Assembly (NCBI GenBank): GCA_963764165.1
Contig: CAVXRD010000001.1
Location: forward strand, 1-64,000
Direction of reading: 5' to 3'
Origin: an uncultured Verrucomicrobiae bacterium
GTDB taxonomy: Bacteria; Verrucomicrobiota; Verrucomicrobiia; Limisphaerales; Palsa-1400
DNA length: 64,000 bases
Shown: positions 52,570 through 63,265 of the stretch, one piece after another
Layout of the letters: each line of letters begins with the position of its first letter
Numbering within the stretch: position 1 is the stretch's first letter
Program-made: the position numbers and the translations under genes
Notes under the pieces: model-generated
What the model was told of the DNA's origin: nothing
The model's database searches: none
The model's input: only the letters and a program-made list of their open reading frames with translations

Positions 52570-54117
52570 GTGCATGAAATCGATTTCCCACGATTAGCGT
52601 TGCACGATGCTGTTTACAGCCCCAACGTTGCCCGCGTGGGAAACGGGCATGAGGCATTGCCGGAGTTTCACCCGCAGACGGTGTTGCGGGATTGGGGCAA
52701 CGGCAACGCCTTTCGCCTCGCCGATGCGCAGACAGGCGTCTGCGTATTCGGCGCAACCGGGAGTGGCAAAACCAGCGGCCCGGCCAAACACCTTGCCTAC
52801 GGCTACCTTGCCGCCGGGTTCGGCGGTTTGGTGCTTTGCGCCAAAATTGAAGAGCGTCGCCAATGGCAGCAATGGGCTGCCGATTGTGGCCGATTGGATG
52901 ACCTGGTCATCGTGGACAAATCCGCCAAATGGCGATTCAATTTCATGGAGTGGGAGGCCAGTCGGGAAGGCGGAGGCGCTGGCCTCACCATCAACATCGT
53001 CGCCTTGCTGGACGAGATTGCCAGTGCCGTTGCCCATTCGGCGGGCAAGGCAGACAGCGGTGGCGGCAACAACAAGTTTTGGGAAGACGCCCTTCATCAC
53101 CTGAACACCAATCTCGTAGAACTCCCAAAATTTGCCGGTATCCGCGTATCGCTTCCGCTATTGCGTTCTATTTTGGTTTCAGCACCCACTGACCTTACCC
53201 AAATTCAGGACATGAATTGGCAGAAGGAAAGTGTCTGCTGGAAGATCATCGACGAGGCCGATCAGGCAACCAAAGATGCCAGTGCAGACGTGCGGGCGGA
53301 CTTTAAGGAATGCCGGGATTACTGGCTCAAGGAATATCCCGTCTTGTCGGAAAAAACCCGCAGCATTATTGCCCTGACATTTTCCATGCTGGTGCGCCCG
53401 TTCATCACCCGGCCACTGAGGCAAATCTTCTCAAGCGACACCAACGTTAAGCCGGAGGATGCTTTTGCGGGCAAAATCATCATTGTCGATTTGCCCATTC
53501 AGGAATTCCGCGTGGCCGGACGGGTTGCAAATCTTGCATGGAAATACTGCTTCCAGGTGGCAGTATTGCGCCGCACGCAGCCCACCACACCAGACACTTA
53601 TCTGCGCCCGGTGTTCCTTTGGGCAGACGAAGCGCATAATTTCGTCAGCGATTTTGACGCTGAGTATCAGGCCGTGGCGCGAAGCGCGGGCGGATGCACT
53701 GTGTATCTGACACAGAACCGCGAAAGTTATCGCCGCGTGCTCGGCAATTCCGACGCCGTGGATTCACTCCTTGGCAACCTGCAAGCCAAGTTCTTTTGCC
53801 AGAATAGCGGCGATACCAACGAATGGGCGGCAAAACTGCTTGGAGAACGCTGGATTCATGTCACCAGCACCAACGTCGGCCAGAACAGAGCGGACGATAT
53901 ACGCAGTGAGGGTGGCCACCAATCCGGCGTCTCGCGCAGCGAGCAGCGGCGATATTTTGTGGAACCGTCGCGCTTCACTACGCTCAAGCGCGGAGGCGCA
54001 CAGCATGGCTATCAGGTGCAGGCCATTGTTTACAATGGCGGCCACGTATTTCCCACTGGACTCCAAGGCAAGGAGGAACTCCTGCCTTATAAACTCCTAA
54101 CCTTCAACCAAAGATAA
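52570..54117 (+). CDS. Type IV secretion coupling protein (TraD/VirD4-like ATPase)
   Basis: Walker A GATGSGKT, Walker B LWADEAH, ARSAGGCTVYLTQN, LLGNLQAKFF. Confidence 0.85.
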   Translation: MHEIDFPRLALHDAVYSPNVARVGNGHEALPEFHPQTVLRDWGNGNAFRLADAQTGVCVFGATGSGKTSGPAKHLAYGYLAAGFGGLVLCAKIEERRQWQQWAADCGRLDDLVIVDKSAKWRFNFMEWEASREGGGAGLTINIVALLDEIASAVAHSAGKADSGGGNNKFWEDALHHLNTNLVELPKFAGIRVSLPLLRSILVSAPTDLTQIQDMNWQKESVCWKIIDEADQATKDASADVRADFKECRDYWLKEYPVLSEKTRSIIALTFSMLVRPFITRPLRQIFSSDTNVKPEDAFAGKIIIVDLPIQEFRVAGRVANLAWKYCFQVAVLRRTQPTTPDTYLRPVFLWADEAHNFVSDFDAEYQAVARSAGGCTVYLTQNRESYRRVLGNSDAVDSLLGNLQAKFFCQNSGDTNEWAAKLLGERWIHVTSTNVGQNRADDIRSEGGHQSGVSRSEQRRYFVEPSRFTTLKRGGAQHGYQVQAIVYNGGHVFPTGLQGKEELLPYKLLTFNQR

Positions 54118-54120
54118 AAT

Positions 54121-54993
54121 ATGGCTGTTCAACGCAACGACGAACTAACGCTGGGCGAAAAAATGAAGATCGTCCAAATCTTGTCAATATACCCGGCCCT
54201 CACCGTCATGGTGTTCAGCCGCCGCAAGCTGGGCTTTCGGATGCTCAAGCCCAGCAGGCTCATCGGCGTCGCCATGCTGCTTGTCGTCGTCAATGACGTG
54301 TTTGGGTTTTTTAACGGGCTGGGCTTTTGGTTCTCTGAATACCCGTGGATTTTTTTAGGTTTTGCGTTCTTTCAGCGGTGGCGGCGCTGGCAGGAAATCT
54401 GCCGGGGCGAACGCTGGCACACCATGTCGCCCGGCATCTCATTTCTTGAAGATTTGCCGCTGCCGGAAATTCTCACGTCGCACCGGCGCATTTACCGCTT
54501 CGTGGAACCCGTCGCCTATTATATTTTGGGCTGCATCCTCGTGCATCTCGGCCTTGCGGCATTGGGACGATGGATTGCCTTTGCCGGATTCTGCTCGTTC
54601 ATTTTTGAACAAACGGTGTATGAGCGGCAGCTTGACCGCGACCTGGACACGCTGGACGGATTAGTTGCGGCGGAAGTTCAGGCCGAAACAGCCGAACACT
54701 TTTCCGGCGACATGGTGTCTGTCAATCAGCGCACATTGACCGATACAGCAGGCATACCCACCGGCGTGGCTTTTGACATTCACCGGCAGATTGAGAAACG
54801 GCGCGCACGCCAAGCTGTCAAGCCCGAGAAATATGCAACAGAAGCGACCACGCGAATTGTCCAAGTAAACGTGGCCGCGCCATCACCTGCGCCACTGGCC
54901 CCGCCGTCGAGTCCAGTTGCGGAAACGCCACCGCCAGCAGCGCGACCGGCCATTGATAATCTGGCCAAGGATGAGCCGGAAAATCCGGCATAG
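54121..54993 (+). CDS. Hypothetical membrane protein co-transcribed with the coupling protein
   Basis: About 4 hydrophobic segments and a Pro-rich tail; starts 3 nt after the T4CP stop. Confidence 0.75.
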   Translation: MAVQRNDELTLGEKMKIVQILSIYPALTVMVFSRRKLGFRMLKPSRLIGVAMLLVVVNDVFGFFNGLGFWFSEYPWIFLGFAFFQRWRRWQEICRGERWHTMSPGISFLEDLPLPEILTSHRRIYRFVEPVAYYILGCILVHLGLAALGRWIAFAGFCSFIFEQTVYERQLDRDLDTLDGLVAAEVQAETAEHFSGDMVSVNQRTLTDTAGIPTGVAFDIHRQIEKRRARQAVKPEKYATEATTRIVQVNVAAPSPAPLAPPSSPVAETPPPAARPAIDNLAKDEPENPA

Positions 54994-55083
54994 GAGGGTT
55001 TATGACACCGCCCTTTTCGCCTTTTTGTTGTGGCATACGCTGTTGCTCGCTATAACACGGTGCATGACAGTGAAAGGACGCGC

Positions 55084-56493
55084 ATGAGCACTACACCCGA
55101 GCAAATCAACCTGTGGCGCAGCGCTCCGTCCGAGCATCAGCGTTTGGAGTTCAAGGAGGCGAAGACACAGTTCGACTTCAACAAGCTCTGCAAATATTGC
55201 GTTGCCATCGCCAATGAAGGCGGCGGAAACCTTTTGCTTGGCGTGGCTGACCAACCGCCTCGCCCGGTTGTTGGCACTATGGCGGTGAACAATCCTGTTG
55301 GCATGGCGGAGAAACTTTTCCAGACACTCGGCTTTCGTGTGGACGTTGAGGAGGTCAATCATCCCGACGGGCGCGTGGTGGTCTTTCACATTCCTTCGCG
55401 CCCGCGAGGGACGGCCTACCATCTGGAGGGCGCTTACCTCATGCGTGCCGGTCAAGAACTCGTGCCCATGAGCGAAGATCAATTGCGTCGCATCTTTGCC
55501 GAGGGTGAGCCGGACTGGCTGGAAGAACATACAAAGACGGGGCTGGATGCCGCGCAGGTGGTCGAACTCCTCGACACGCAGAACTTTTTTGAACTGCTCA
55601 AGCTGCCATACCCTGCCGACCAAGCCGGTGTGCTCGACCGCCTCCGACAAGAGCGTCTCCTAGATTTGAAAGCTGGCAAATATGCCATCCGCCGACTCGG
55701 CGCATTATTGCTGGCCAAGCGGCTTCAGGACTTCCCGGATATTTCCCGGAAAGCTCCGCGCGTGATCGTTTATACCGGCACGTCGAAACTCGCCACCAAG
55801 CTCGATGAGCCGGGCGTCAAAGGATATGCCGTTGGCTTTCGTGAACTCGTCCATTTCATAATGTCCCAGCTTCCGCAGAATGAAGTCATCGAGGACGCCT
55901 TGCGCAAAGAGGTGAAGCTCGTCCCCGAAGTCTCCATTCGCGAACTCACGGCCAATGCTCTCATTCATCAGGATTTTCACATCAGCGGCGCGTCCGTGAT
56001 GATCGAGATTTACACCGACCGTGCCGAGATTTCCAATCCGGGCGAGCCGCTTGTTCCGCCGGATCGTTTCATTGACGGCTACCAGTCCCGCAACGAACGT
56101 CTGGCCGACCTCATGCGCCGCTTCGCCATCTGTGAGGAAAAAAGCAGCGGCATTGACAAAGTGATTCATGCGGCAGAGGCGTTCCAACTTCCCGCCCCGG
56201 ATTTCCGCACCACCCATCGCCGGACAGTGGTTGTCATCTTCGGGCCAAAGAATTTTGATGACATGGATCGTGACGACCGCATCCGTGCCTGCTATCAACA
56301 TTGCGCTTTGAAATGGGTCATGGGAGAACGCATGACCAACCAATCCTTGCGTGGACGCTTCCGCCTGCCGGAACACAAAACCGCCATAATCTCCCAAATC
56401 ATCGCCGCCGCGATTGAGGCCAAGGTTGTCAAACTGGATGACAAGGTCGGTGTTTCACGCAAATATGCCCGTTACCTGCCATTCTGGGCGTGA
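55084..56493 (+). CDS. AlbA_2 (Schlafen-like) domain protein with a C-terminal HATPase_c_4/RecG-C-like region
   Basis: EHQRLEFKEAK..CVAIANEGGGNLLLGVAD; RELTANALIHQDF, EISNPG, SRNERLA, CEEKSSGIDK. Confidence 0.88.
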   Translation: MSTTPEQINLWRSAPSEHQRLEFKEAKTQFDFNKLCKYCVAIANEGGGNLLLGVADQPPRPVVGTMAVNNPVGMAEKLFQTLGFRVDVEEVNHPDGRVVVFHIPSRPRGTAYHLEGAYLMRAGQELVPMSEDQLRRIFAEGEPDWLEEHTKTGLDAAQVVELLDTQNFFELLKLPYPADQAGVLDRLRQERLLDLKAGKYAIRRLGALLLAKRLQDFPDISRKAPRVIVYTGTSKLATKLDEPGVKGYAVGFRELVHFIMSQLPQNEVIEDALRKEVKLVPEVSIRELTANALIHQDFHISGASVMIEIYTDRAEISNPGEPLVPPDRFIDGYQSRNERLADLMRRFAICEEKSSGIDKVIHAAEAFQLPAPDFRTTHRRTVVVIFGPKNFDDMDRDDRIRACYQHCALKWVMGERMTNQSLRGRFRLPEHKTAIISQIIAAAIEAKVVKLDDKVGVSRKYARYLPFWA

Positions 56494-56784
56494 AAACTTA
56501 TTTAATGGCAACCCATCGCGTAACCATCAAGCATCCCGTAACCCACTGAACATGAAGGACATGCTTATTTAAGCGTTTGCCTGCGGAAATCTGGAAACAG
56601 AGGTGTGAAATTTTGTGACGCCTTGTGACGGGGGCGCTTGGCGGCCGAACGAAACGAGTTGAGCAGGCAGAGCTATTGTCACCTAATTTTGGAGAGTGAC
56701 CAGGACAAGCATTTTCTGACGCCCATAGGCATAACCCCAGTTGTAGGGGTTGGTCGGTCATGAAAATCTTGAAGACGATTAGCA

Positions 56785-57672
56785 ATGCCTTCATCTTTGA
56801 TACGAATGACATCGAATTTCAAATTGCCAGCGGACGGGGCGAAACACGCGATAACTTTTTTAACGCCCAACGGTAAAGAAAAGGGTTCGACCCAAGGGAA
56901 TCTTTTTGAAGTCATTCAGAAATACGAGCGTCGATTTGTGGTTGATAATCACATTGATTGGTTTGGATTGTCTGGGTTGCCCGAAAATTCTAACGTTGCC
57001 TTTATTCTTGGCACGACGACAGACAGAGAAACCTGCTTCCTAAAATCTCTTTTTGAGGACAAAACTGGAAAACTCAAGGTTCGGCAAAATGTTTTCATGT
57101 TTGGAATGCAAAGTCCGAAACGCCCCACGCAACAAGAAGTTCTTGCGGGAAATTTGCCGCCGTTGACACCAGACCTAGTCATTTCACGGCTTGATGAATA
57201 TGCCACTTTAGTTATGGACATGGAGGGCATTCGTAAATTTGAGCAGCCCGACGGCGATAAGGGAAAGTTTGACTCGTCTTGGTCTATCGCTGACGAGAAA
57301 AAAAAGTTGCTGGCATTGCTGTCCGTAAACGAAATCGAGGAAATTGAGCAGATGCCAGAGTTGCCAGATCGGCGACTGAAAGATGATGAATTCCGCCTCG
57401 AAATTGAGCGCAAGAAACCTAAATGTTTCAAACGATTTTGGGAAAGCAATGATGTGGCGCGCTTGGCCTATTCACGCTTATTGCTTTTTTCCAACAAAAT
57501 GCGCAACGAATTTGCCAAACCTAATTACGCCAATGTTTTCGGCGACCTTCACCTTATTCAGAACACACTGTTTTTTAATGCCGGATTCGCCAGCAAGGAC
57601 AAAGCTGTAGTCTCAATGGCGAGGTTTTGCGGATTGCCGAGGTTTGAGCCATCCGTCAGAACCGGGAGTTAG
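56785..57672 (+). CDS. Hypothetical protein (AT-richer cargo)
   Basis: 295-aa ORF, no recognised motif. Confidence 0.6.
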   Translation: MPSSLIRMTSNFKLPADGAKHAITFLTPNGKEKGSTQGNLFEVIQKYERRFVVDNHIDWFGLSGLPENSNVAFILGTTTDRETCFLKSLFEDKTGKLKVRQNVFMFGMQSPKRPTQQEVLAGNLPPLTPDLVISRLDEYATLVMDMEGIRKFEQPDGDKGKFDSSWSIADEKKKLLALLSVNEIEEIEQMPELPDRRLKDDEFRLEIERKKPKCFKRFWESNDVARLAYSRLLLFSNKMRNEFAKPNYANVFGDLHLIQNTLFFNAGFASKDKAVVSMARFCGLPRFEPSVRTGS

Positions 57673-57736
57673 ATAGCATCAGACGGGAGAGGAGTGACAT
57701 TGGACTCGGCCGTTTGCACATTCTCATTTCGTGGGG

Positions 57737-58485
57737 ACAAATTCTGCCGCAAGTTTTTGGGCTTCGCGCTTTTGTTCTGGACTCATATAAGTAGAAACAT
57801 ATTGGATTGCATCCATTCCCATTATACTCCTAGGTTTGCCCTGTGCTTGGGCCAAAGATAGCCACTTATAAGCCAAGACATTACTTTTTTCTGCTCCATC
57901 CATTCCCATAGTTTCAGAATAGCAACAACCCAGTTCAGCTTGAGCCGCAGCATCATTATGATTTGCCGCTTGAGTAAGCCATTTCACAGCTTCTATGGCA
58001 TTTATCGGAACTCCTTTGCCATACTTATAACAGACGCCTAAACGTAACGCGGCTTGAACATCGCCGCTTTCAGCTAGTTTCTGATCCTTTTTAACTTGAT
58101 TGGCAGTAGCGATGGTAGCTGGGTTGGCTTCGCTCGCTTGCACATTTTCATTCTGGGAAACAAATTCTGCCGCAAGTTTTTGGGCTTCGCTCTTTTGTTC
58201 TGGACTCATATAAGTAGAAACATACTGGATTGCATCCATGCCCATTATGCTCCCAGGCTTGCCCTGTGCTTGGGCTAAAGACAGCCATTTATAAGCCAAA
58301 ACATTACTTTTTTCTACCCCATCCATTCCCATAGTTTCAGAATAGCAACAACCCAGTTCAGCTTGAGCTGTAGCATCGTTATGATTTGCCGCTTGAGTAA
58401 GCCACTTCACAGCTTCTACGGCATTTATTGGCACACCGTCACCATACTTATTGCAGAGGCCTAAACACAATTCGCCTTGAACACT
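57737..58485 (-). repeat. Internal near-identical duplication (about 320 nt, offset 423 nt) in the Sel1 gene
   Basis: KYG.GVPINA.EAVKWLTQAANHND..AELGCCYSETMGMDG..IQYVSTYMSPEQK.EAQKLAAEFV occurs twice. Confidence 0.9.
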
Positions 58486-58834
58486 TCCTTGTTCAGCCGC
58501 TTTACGAAACCAATTGACGGCCTGATTTTTATCCACATTGACGCCGCGACCTGAATAATAAGCTCTGCCAATCTCGACTTGGGCATTCACCATACCTTGT
58601 TCAGCCGCTTTATTAAGCCATTTTACGGATTCAGCATCATCCTTGCCTCCTGCCGCAAAGTTGGTTGTCTGGGTTGAGTAATCCAAACCCAAACAAAATT
58701 GAGCAGTCGCATCGCCGCTTTCAGCCAATCTCTTGTCATTATTAAATTGTATCTCTTCTTGTGGTTCAATGGCGGGAGCAACTTTAGCGGGGGATGGTGC
58801 TGGTGAAGAGGCAGGAGTATCACTTGTGTACTTA

Positions 58835-59764
58835 GAGCCCGTCTGAAAATTGATTTTCATTGGGAAATTAAGCCAATCGGCGAAGTTGGAGGCGTATCAT
58901 GGCGATAAAGATCCAAGCCTCGGCGCTTGTTTCAGTGTTTTCGTAATCCCGCACCAATCGACGGTGGCGCATGAGCCAGCCAAAGGTTCGCTCTACCACC
59001 CAGCGGTGCGGCAACACCTTGAACCCGCTGGTGTCGTCGGAGCGTTTAACAACCTCTACCTCCAGATTGGGTTTGAGTTCCTTGACCCACTGCGCGAAGG
59101 CATCGCCCGTGTAGCCACCATCCACCCATAGGAGGCGGAGCCGGGTGAACCAGCCCAGCACCTGGCGCAAAACCGTTTGCGCTCCGTCCCGTTCCGGAGT
59201 GCTGGCCGGAGTCACCGCCACTCCGAGCACCAGGCCTAAAGTGTCCACCAGCAGATGCCGCTTGCGGCCTTTGATCCGCTTGGCGGCGTCATAGCCAACA
59301 TTGCCTCCATGACCGTCGGATTTCACGCTTTGGCTATCCAGAATCGCCGCCGTCGGCTGGGAGCGTTTGTCGTGGGTTTTCCGAACGAAGGTGCGCAGCG
59401 CGTCATTGAGTGCCGCCCACTGATGGTTCACAGCCCATTTCCGGAAAACATGGTAAACGGTTTTCCACGGGGGAAAGTCAGTGGGCAGATAACGCCACGG
59501 ATTGCCGCATTTGATCAGATAGAGAATGGCATCCATGATGCGCCGCCGGTCTGTGGGAGGCCGTCCGCGCCGGGACGGCTTGGGAAGCATCGGCTTGAGG
59601 AAGTCCCATTGGGCATCGGTGAGGTCGGAGTCATATTTAGCGTTTTTCACGCTTCAACGGAAGCTGCGCTTGAAATGTAGGCGCTTTTCGCCGAAGCCAA
59701 AGTCAACTAAACAATGCAACTTTTATTTACTCGTTACCTTCATTCTGATTATTCAGACGCGCTC
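58835..59764 (-). mobile_element. IS5-family element (IS1031-like group), 930 bp
   Basis: Imperfect IRs GAGCCCGTCTGAA / TTCAGACGCGCTC; TTA target duplication at 58832-58834 and 59765-59767. Confidence 0.93.
58868..59650 (-). CDS. IS5-family transposase
   Basis: YDSDLTDAQW, WRYLPTDFPPWKTVY, ILDSQSVK, KGRKRHLLVDTLG, RWVVERTFGW. Confidence 0.96.
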   Translation of the reverse strand: MKNAKYDSDLTDAQWDFLKPMLPKPSRRGRPPTDRRRIMDAILYLIKCGNPWRYLPTDFPPWKTVYHVFRKWAVNHQWAALNDALRTFVRKTHDKRSQPTAAILDSQSVKSDGHGGNVGYDAAKRIKGRKRHLLVDTLGLVLGVAVTPASTPERDGAQTVLRQVLGWFTRLRLLWVDGGYTGDAFAQWVKELKPNLEVEVVKRSDDTSGFKVLPHRWVVERTFGWLMRHRRLVRDYENTETSAEAWIFIAMIRLQLRRLA

Positions 59765-60892
59765 TTAGGATTGCTGCCACCGGATGGATTTGCAGAGCCA
59801 GTCGAGCTTGAACTTGTGGTGCTGGTGGAATTGTTTCCCGAATTTGCCAATATAACTATCACGATGACTACACCAGCGAGAACAGCCAAGATTATTCCGG
59901 CTTTCGATTTGGTTGGCGCGTTTGCTATTTGTTTGGCTGGCTCCAGCGGGTTCCGTTGTTCAGCTTGCGCTTCCGGCTGTTGGTCCCCATGTCGCTGGCG
60001 ACTGGCTTCTGCCAATTGTGCAGCGCGATATTTTATGTATAGCGCTCGCGCTTTGGCATCGTCACCGCCCATTTCTGCATAGGCCCTTGTCCAGAGCCCG
60101 GCAACCAATTTCTTTTCCTTCAATTCCCGCGCAACTTCATCATAAAATTTGTCGTCTTCAGCTTGCTTTAGCTTCCTTTCTTTTCGCCTTGCAAGCCATC
60201 CACTTCCCAAATAGCAGATTAACCCAGCCAACGACCCGCAGAAAAAGTCAGTCAAAACTACTGTCACTGGATGTTGCTGATACGCAGGGTCGTTTTTTTG
60301 CGCATCTTGGTATGCAAACATACCGCCAAGCAGCAGCGAGACAAGTATGGCGGTTAAAATTCGCGTTGGTTTATTCATTTTGCAAAACCCCCATTAAAAC
60401 TAAATGAGAGCTGGGTTTGAACACAAGATAAATACCCGTGCTGAGGACGCGGACAACAAACCGTCCCCCGTCCGTCCAAGAGGCGCAAGCGGCCGCTCGC
60501 TTTCAGCGTGGCAGGCCACCGCGCAACTTGTGCCACTTGTCCTTGCCCATTTGAGTCTGAGATTTGACCGTCCGTGTTCCGCCGTGCGCCTTTAGGCTTG
60601 CCTCATCCCCGTCAAGCCACGGCTCCCGGGTACTCACCGCCAGCCAAAAGTCAGAACCGCGCGACCCAGCGTCCCATTTTGATAGCGGCGTCAGACTGTG
60701 ATTTTGCTGCTTCGGTTTTGCCCTTGTGGGACAATGATTTGCAACCATTTCCGGCGACGCAGGCAACATGACGCTGAAAGCCTCGACGTTGCGGTTTGAG
60801 GTTAGTATTTCTCCAATCATATAACCTTCATGTACTTAAAGCGTGAAGCCTTGTCTGCCGGACGCAAACTTGCCTGATTGCTCATGTGCCCG

Positions 60893-61828
60893 TCACTGAA
60901 ACTGAAAAGTCAGCACGCAATTGACGTAGTTGCCGTTACTGATGCTCATGGAATAGGTTCGGGGTTTAGTGGCAACGCCGCCATTATCGTAGCATGACTC
61001 TGTTTCAGGCCATATTGCTGTCGTTGTATCCGTAGGGCCGTTATCGCTATTCCAACCATAGCCCCAACCTCCATTGCCTCCGGGAACATAGGCATTATTT
61101 GTATTCTGCGAAGTCACTCTCCCTGTTTCCGGCATACCATCATCCATCTTCTTATCAATGTCATAAGCTTGCCGGACGCTCACGGAAGGTATGAGATTAT
61201 CCGGCTGGCAACTCCATGTATTGCCGACCGCGGGCATGTTTTGAACCTGGAAATAATTAATGCCGTTGACGCTCCAAACATACACATAACCACCTTGCCC
61301 CAGCTTCGCTTGAGGAAAAAATGCGCTCAGATTCGTGCTGGGTATAAGCGTTGTGGCAAAAGGACTGCTGGTAACGGCAGTGAATGATCCTTCAATAAGA
61401 TTGATGTTCATGCCGTTGGCATAGGTCAGATCGGTCCAGAACAGGCCGGTTTCTCCGCAGGAGATTCGCCAGCCATTATTCTGGCCGGATGAATTCCAGT
61501 TTACACCTTCTATTACGCCGTTCCCGTCGCCTTCGCCTGCGTAGACGCCTCGGGCGAAGAACCCGAATTGTTGGGCAACCTGTCCATTCAGATCTCCCGG
61601 CAGCGCATTAAACTTGCCCCGGAAGGTGTTCACAGCGGTATTGAGCTTCTCTATCTGTGTAATCTGTGCACGCTCTGCAGCAGCATTTATCAAATCCCGC
61701 CCCACCAGCACTCCACCGACAATAAACCCAATGACAACGAGGACGATGCTCAATTCGATGAGCGTGAAGGCCGCAATCAAAGCCTGCTTGGCGGAACGCG
61801 AAGCCATAAGCACTTGCATCTGGTTCAA
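60893..61828 (-). CDS. Prepilin-type N-terminal cleavage/methylation domain protein
   Basis: AFTLIELSIVLVVIGFIVGGVLVGRDLI..ALPGDL; AYDIDKKMDDG.P.TG. Confidence 0.85.
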   Translation of the reverse strand: MNQMQVLMASRSAKQALIAAFTLIELSIVLVVIGFIVGGVLVGRDLINAAAERAQITQIEKLNTAVNTFRGKFNALPGDLNGQVAQQFGFFARGVYAGEGDGNGVIEGVNWNSSGQNNGWRISCGETGLFWTDLTYANGMNINLIEGSFTAVTSSPFATTLIPSTNLSAFFPQAKLGQGGYVYVWSVNGINYFQVQNMPAVGNTWSCQPDNLIPSVSVRQAYDIDKKMDDGMPETGRVTSQNTNNAYVPGGNGGWGYGWNSDNGPTDTTTAIWPETESCYDNGGVATKPRTYSMSISNGNYVNCVLTFQFQ

Positions 61829-62346
61829 GAGAAGCCCTAACTGGTTGTGGCAACTGCACTTCTTGCATAATCCATGTCGCCGACAATGTCATCCTCATTT
61901 GAAGCACTGACGTAGAGGAATTTGCCCCACGTCCTGAGCGCGACGGCTTTGTTCCGCTTCGCTTGCCCCCTTGCCCCGCCGCTCCGCTCCGCAAAACCGC
62001 CGCCCTCACGCCGCCCCCGATTCCAGCTTGTCACTCAGAATGAAAGCCGCTGCGTTCCGCTTACTCGCCCGCCCCCTTTTGCCCACGGGCGACCGCTCCA
62101 CTGCGCGCCTTTCCCTCTGAGCGACAAGGTTTCGCGGCCCCCGCGCCCCATTTGGTAGTCATTGGGTTGCTTTCAAATCCGTTTTTTTGCGCGTCCTCCT
62201 GCCTATCGCCCTCACCAGCCTGCTTTTCGAGCCGGGGGCCGGACAGCGGTGCCCTCTGAAGACTACTCCCGCTGGCCGCCCGGCTCGGCAGGCTTTTGTT
62301 GGCGAAGGGCGATAGGCCGAGAACGCACAGAGCAAAAAAAAAGATT

Positions 62347-62733
62347 ATGAAAACAAAACAAAATTCTAAATCAGTTTCAGAGCTCCAGAACCGGACCGCA
62401 CAGGGCAGTGAACACAAGGCAGAATTGCCGAAGATTGATTTGAACAAACGGAATCAGAACCGGGTTTTACCGATGGAATCCTTGCTTGAGTTGATTCGGA
62501 AGGAAGCACCCGCGTTTTGGGATGCGGTGGAAGTCGTCGGCAAGTGGGTATGGTTGCAGTTCGACGGCAAACAGCCGAGGGAGATTACCGCCGTTATCTC
62601 TCAGCTTGGTTTCCATTGGAACAACCGCCGCCAAGTCTGGCAGCACCCTTGCGGGCAAGTGACCGTCCGGGCGGACTTCGATCCCCGCCGTAAATATCGT
62701 TCTTACTTTCCGTCCGACCAGAAGCCCGCCTAA
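62347..62733 (+). CDS. Hypothetical protein, first gene of the RadC operon
   Basis: EVVGKWVWL..LGFHWNNRRQVW motif; co-directional with radC. Confidence 0.75.
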   Translation: MKTKQNSKSVSELQNRTAQGSEHKAELPKIDLNKRNQNRVLPMESLLELIRKEAPAFWDAVEVVGKWVWLQFDGKQPREITAVISQLGFHWNNRRQVWQHPCGQVTVRADFDPRRKYRSYFPSDQKPA

Positions 62734-62748
62734 CCGGAGATTTTACCT

Positions 62749-63261
62749 ATGAACGAACAAATACCGTTGTTTCCGGGGTTCGACATCGTGAAGCCGTTTA
62801 AGTTTCCCCCGCAGCCTTATGAATATAAGGTGACGGCCTTGCGGGAGTGTCCGACACCGGAACACATGCAGGAATGCGACACGCCCGCGAAAGTAGCCGA
62901 TTATTGGCGCAGGCACGTTCCCGCCCATCCGTATTTCAGCCCGGAATGTGAGTGTTTCGTTGTCTTGATTCTCAACACCCGCCGCAGGGTGAAAGGTCAT
63001 TACTTAGTCAGTGTCGGCACGATGGACTGTATTCTTGTCCACCCAAGGGAAGTTTTCAGACTCGCGATTATGACCGCCGCATCCGGCATAGTGTTGACTC
63101 ACAATCACCCCAGCGGCGAGGAATCGCCTTCCGAGGCTGACATAAAGGTGACGCGTGACCTGATGCGCGCCGGGCAGCTTCTCAAAATCGAAGTCATTGA
63201 CCACGTAGTTATCGGCAACCCCGGCCATGTTTCACTTCGTGAACTTGGTTATCTCTCTTGA
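62749..63261 (+). CDS. RadC-like JAB/MPN domain protein
   Basis: VHPREVF, THNHPSG..PSEAD, IDHVVIG. Confidence 0.93.
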   Translation: MNEQIPLFPGFDIVKPFKFPPQPYEYKVTALRECPTPEHMQECDTPAKVADYWRRHVPAHPYFSPECECFVVLILNTRRRVKGHYLVSVGTMDCILVHPREVFRLAIMTAASGIVLTHNHPSGEESPSEADIKVTRDLMRAGQLLKIEVIDHVVIGNPGHVSLRELGYLS

Positions 63262-63265
63262 ACCC

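Larger units (their letters stand above)
57724..60378 (-). pseudogene. Membrane-anchored Sel1-like repeat protein interrupted by IS5
   Basis: Removing IS 58835-59764 and one TTA joins ORF 59749..60378 (..GGSNPK) in frame to YTSDTPASS of ORF 57724..58860, giving 573 aa. Sel1 repeats: AVNWFRKAAEQG, AVKWLTQAA. Confidence 0.9.

Noticed and set aside
60404..60890. Possible ncRNA or small ORFs between the Sel1 and pilin genes
   Set aside because: No recognisable RNA family motif or coding signal by eye
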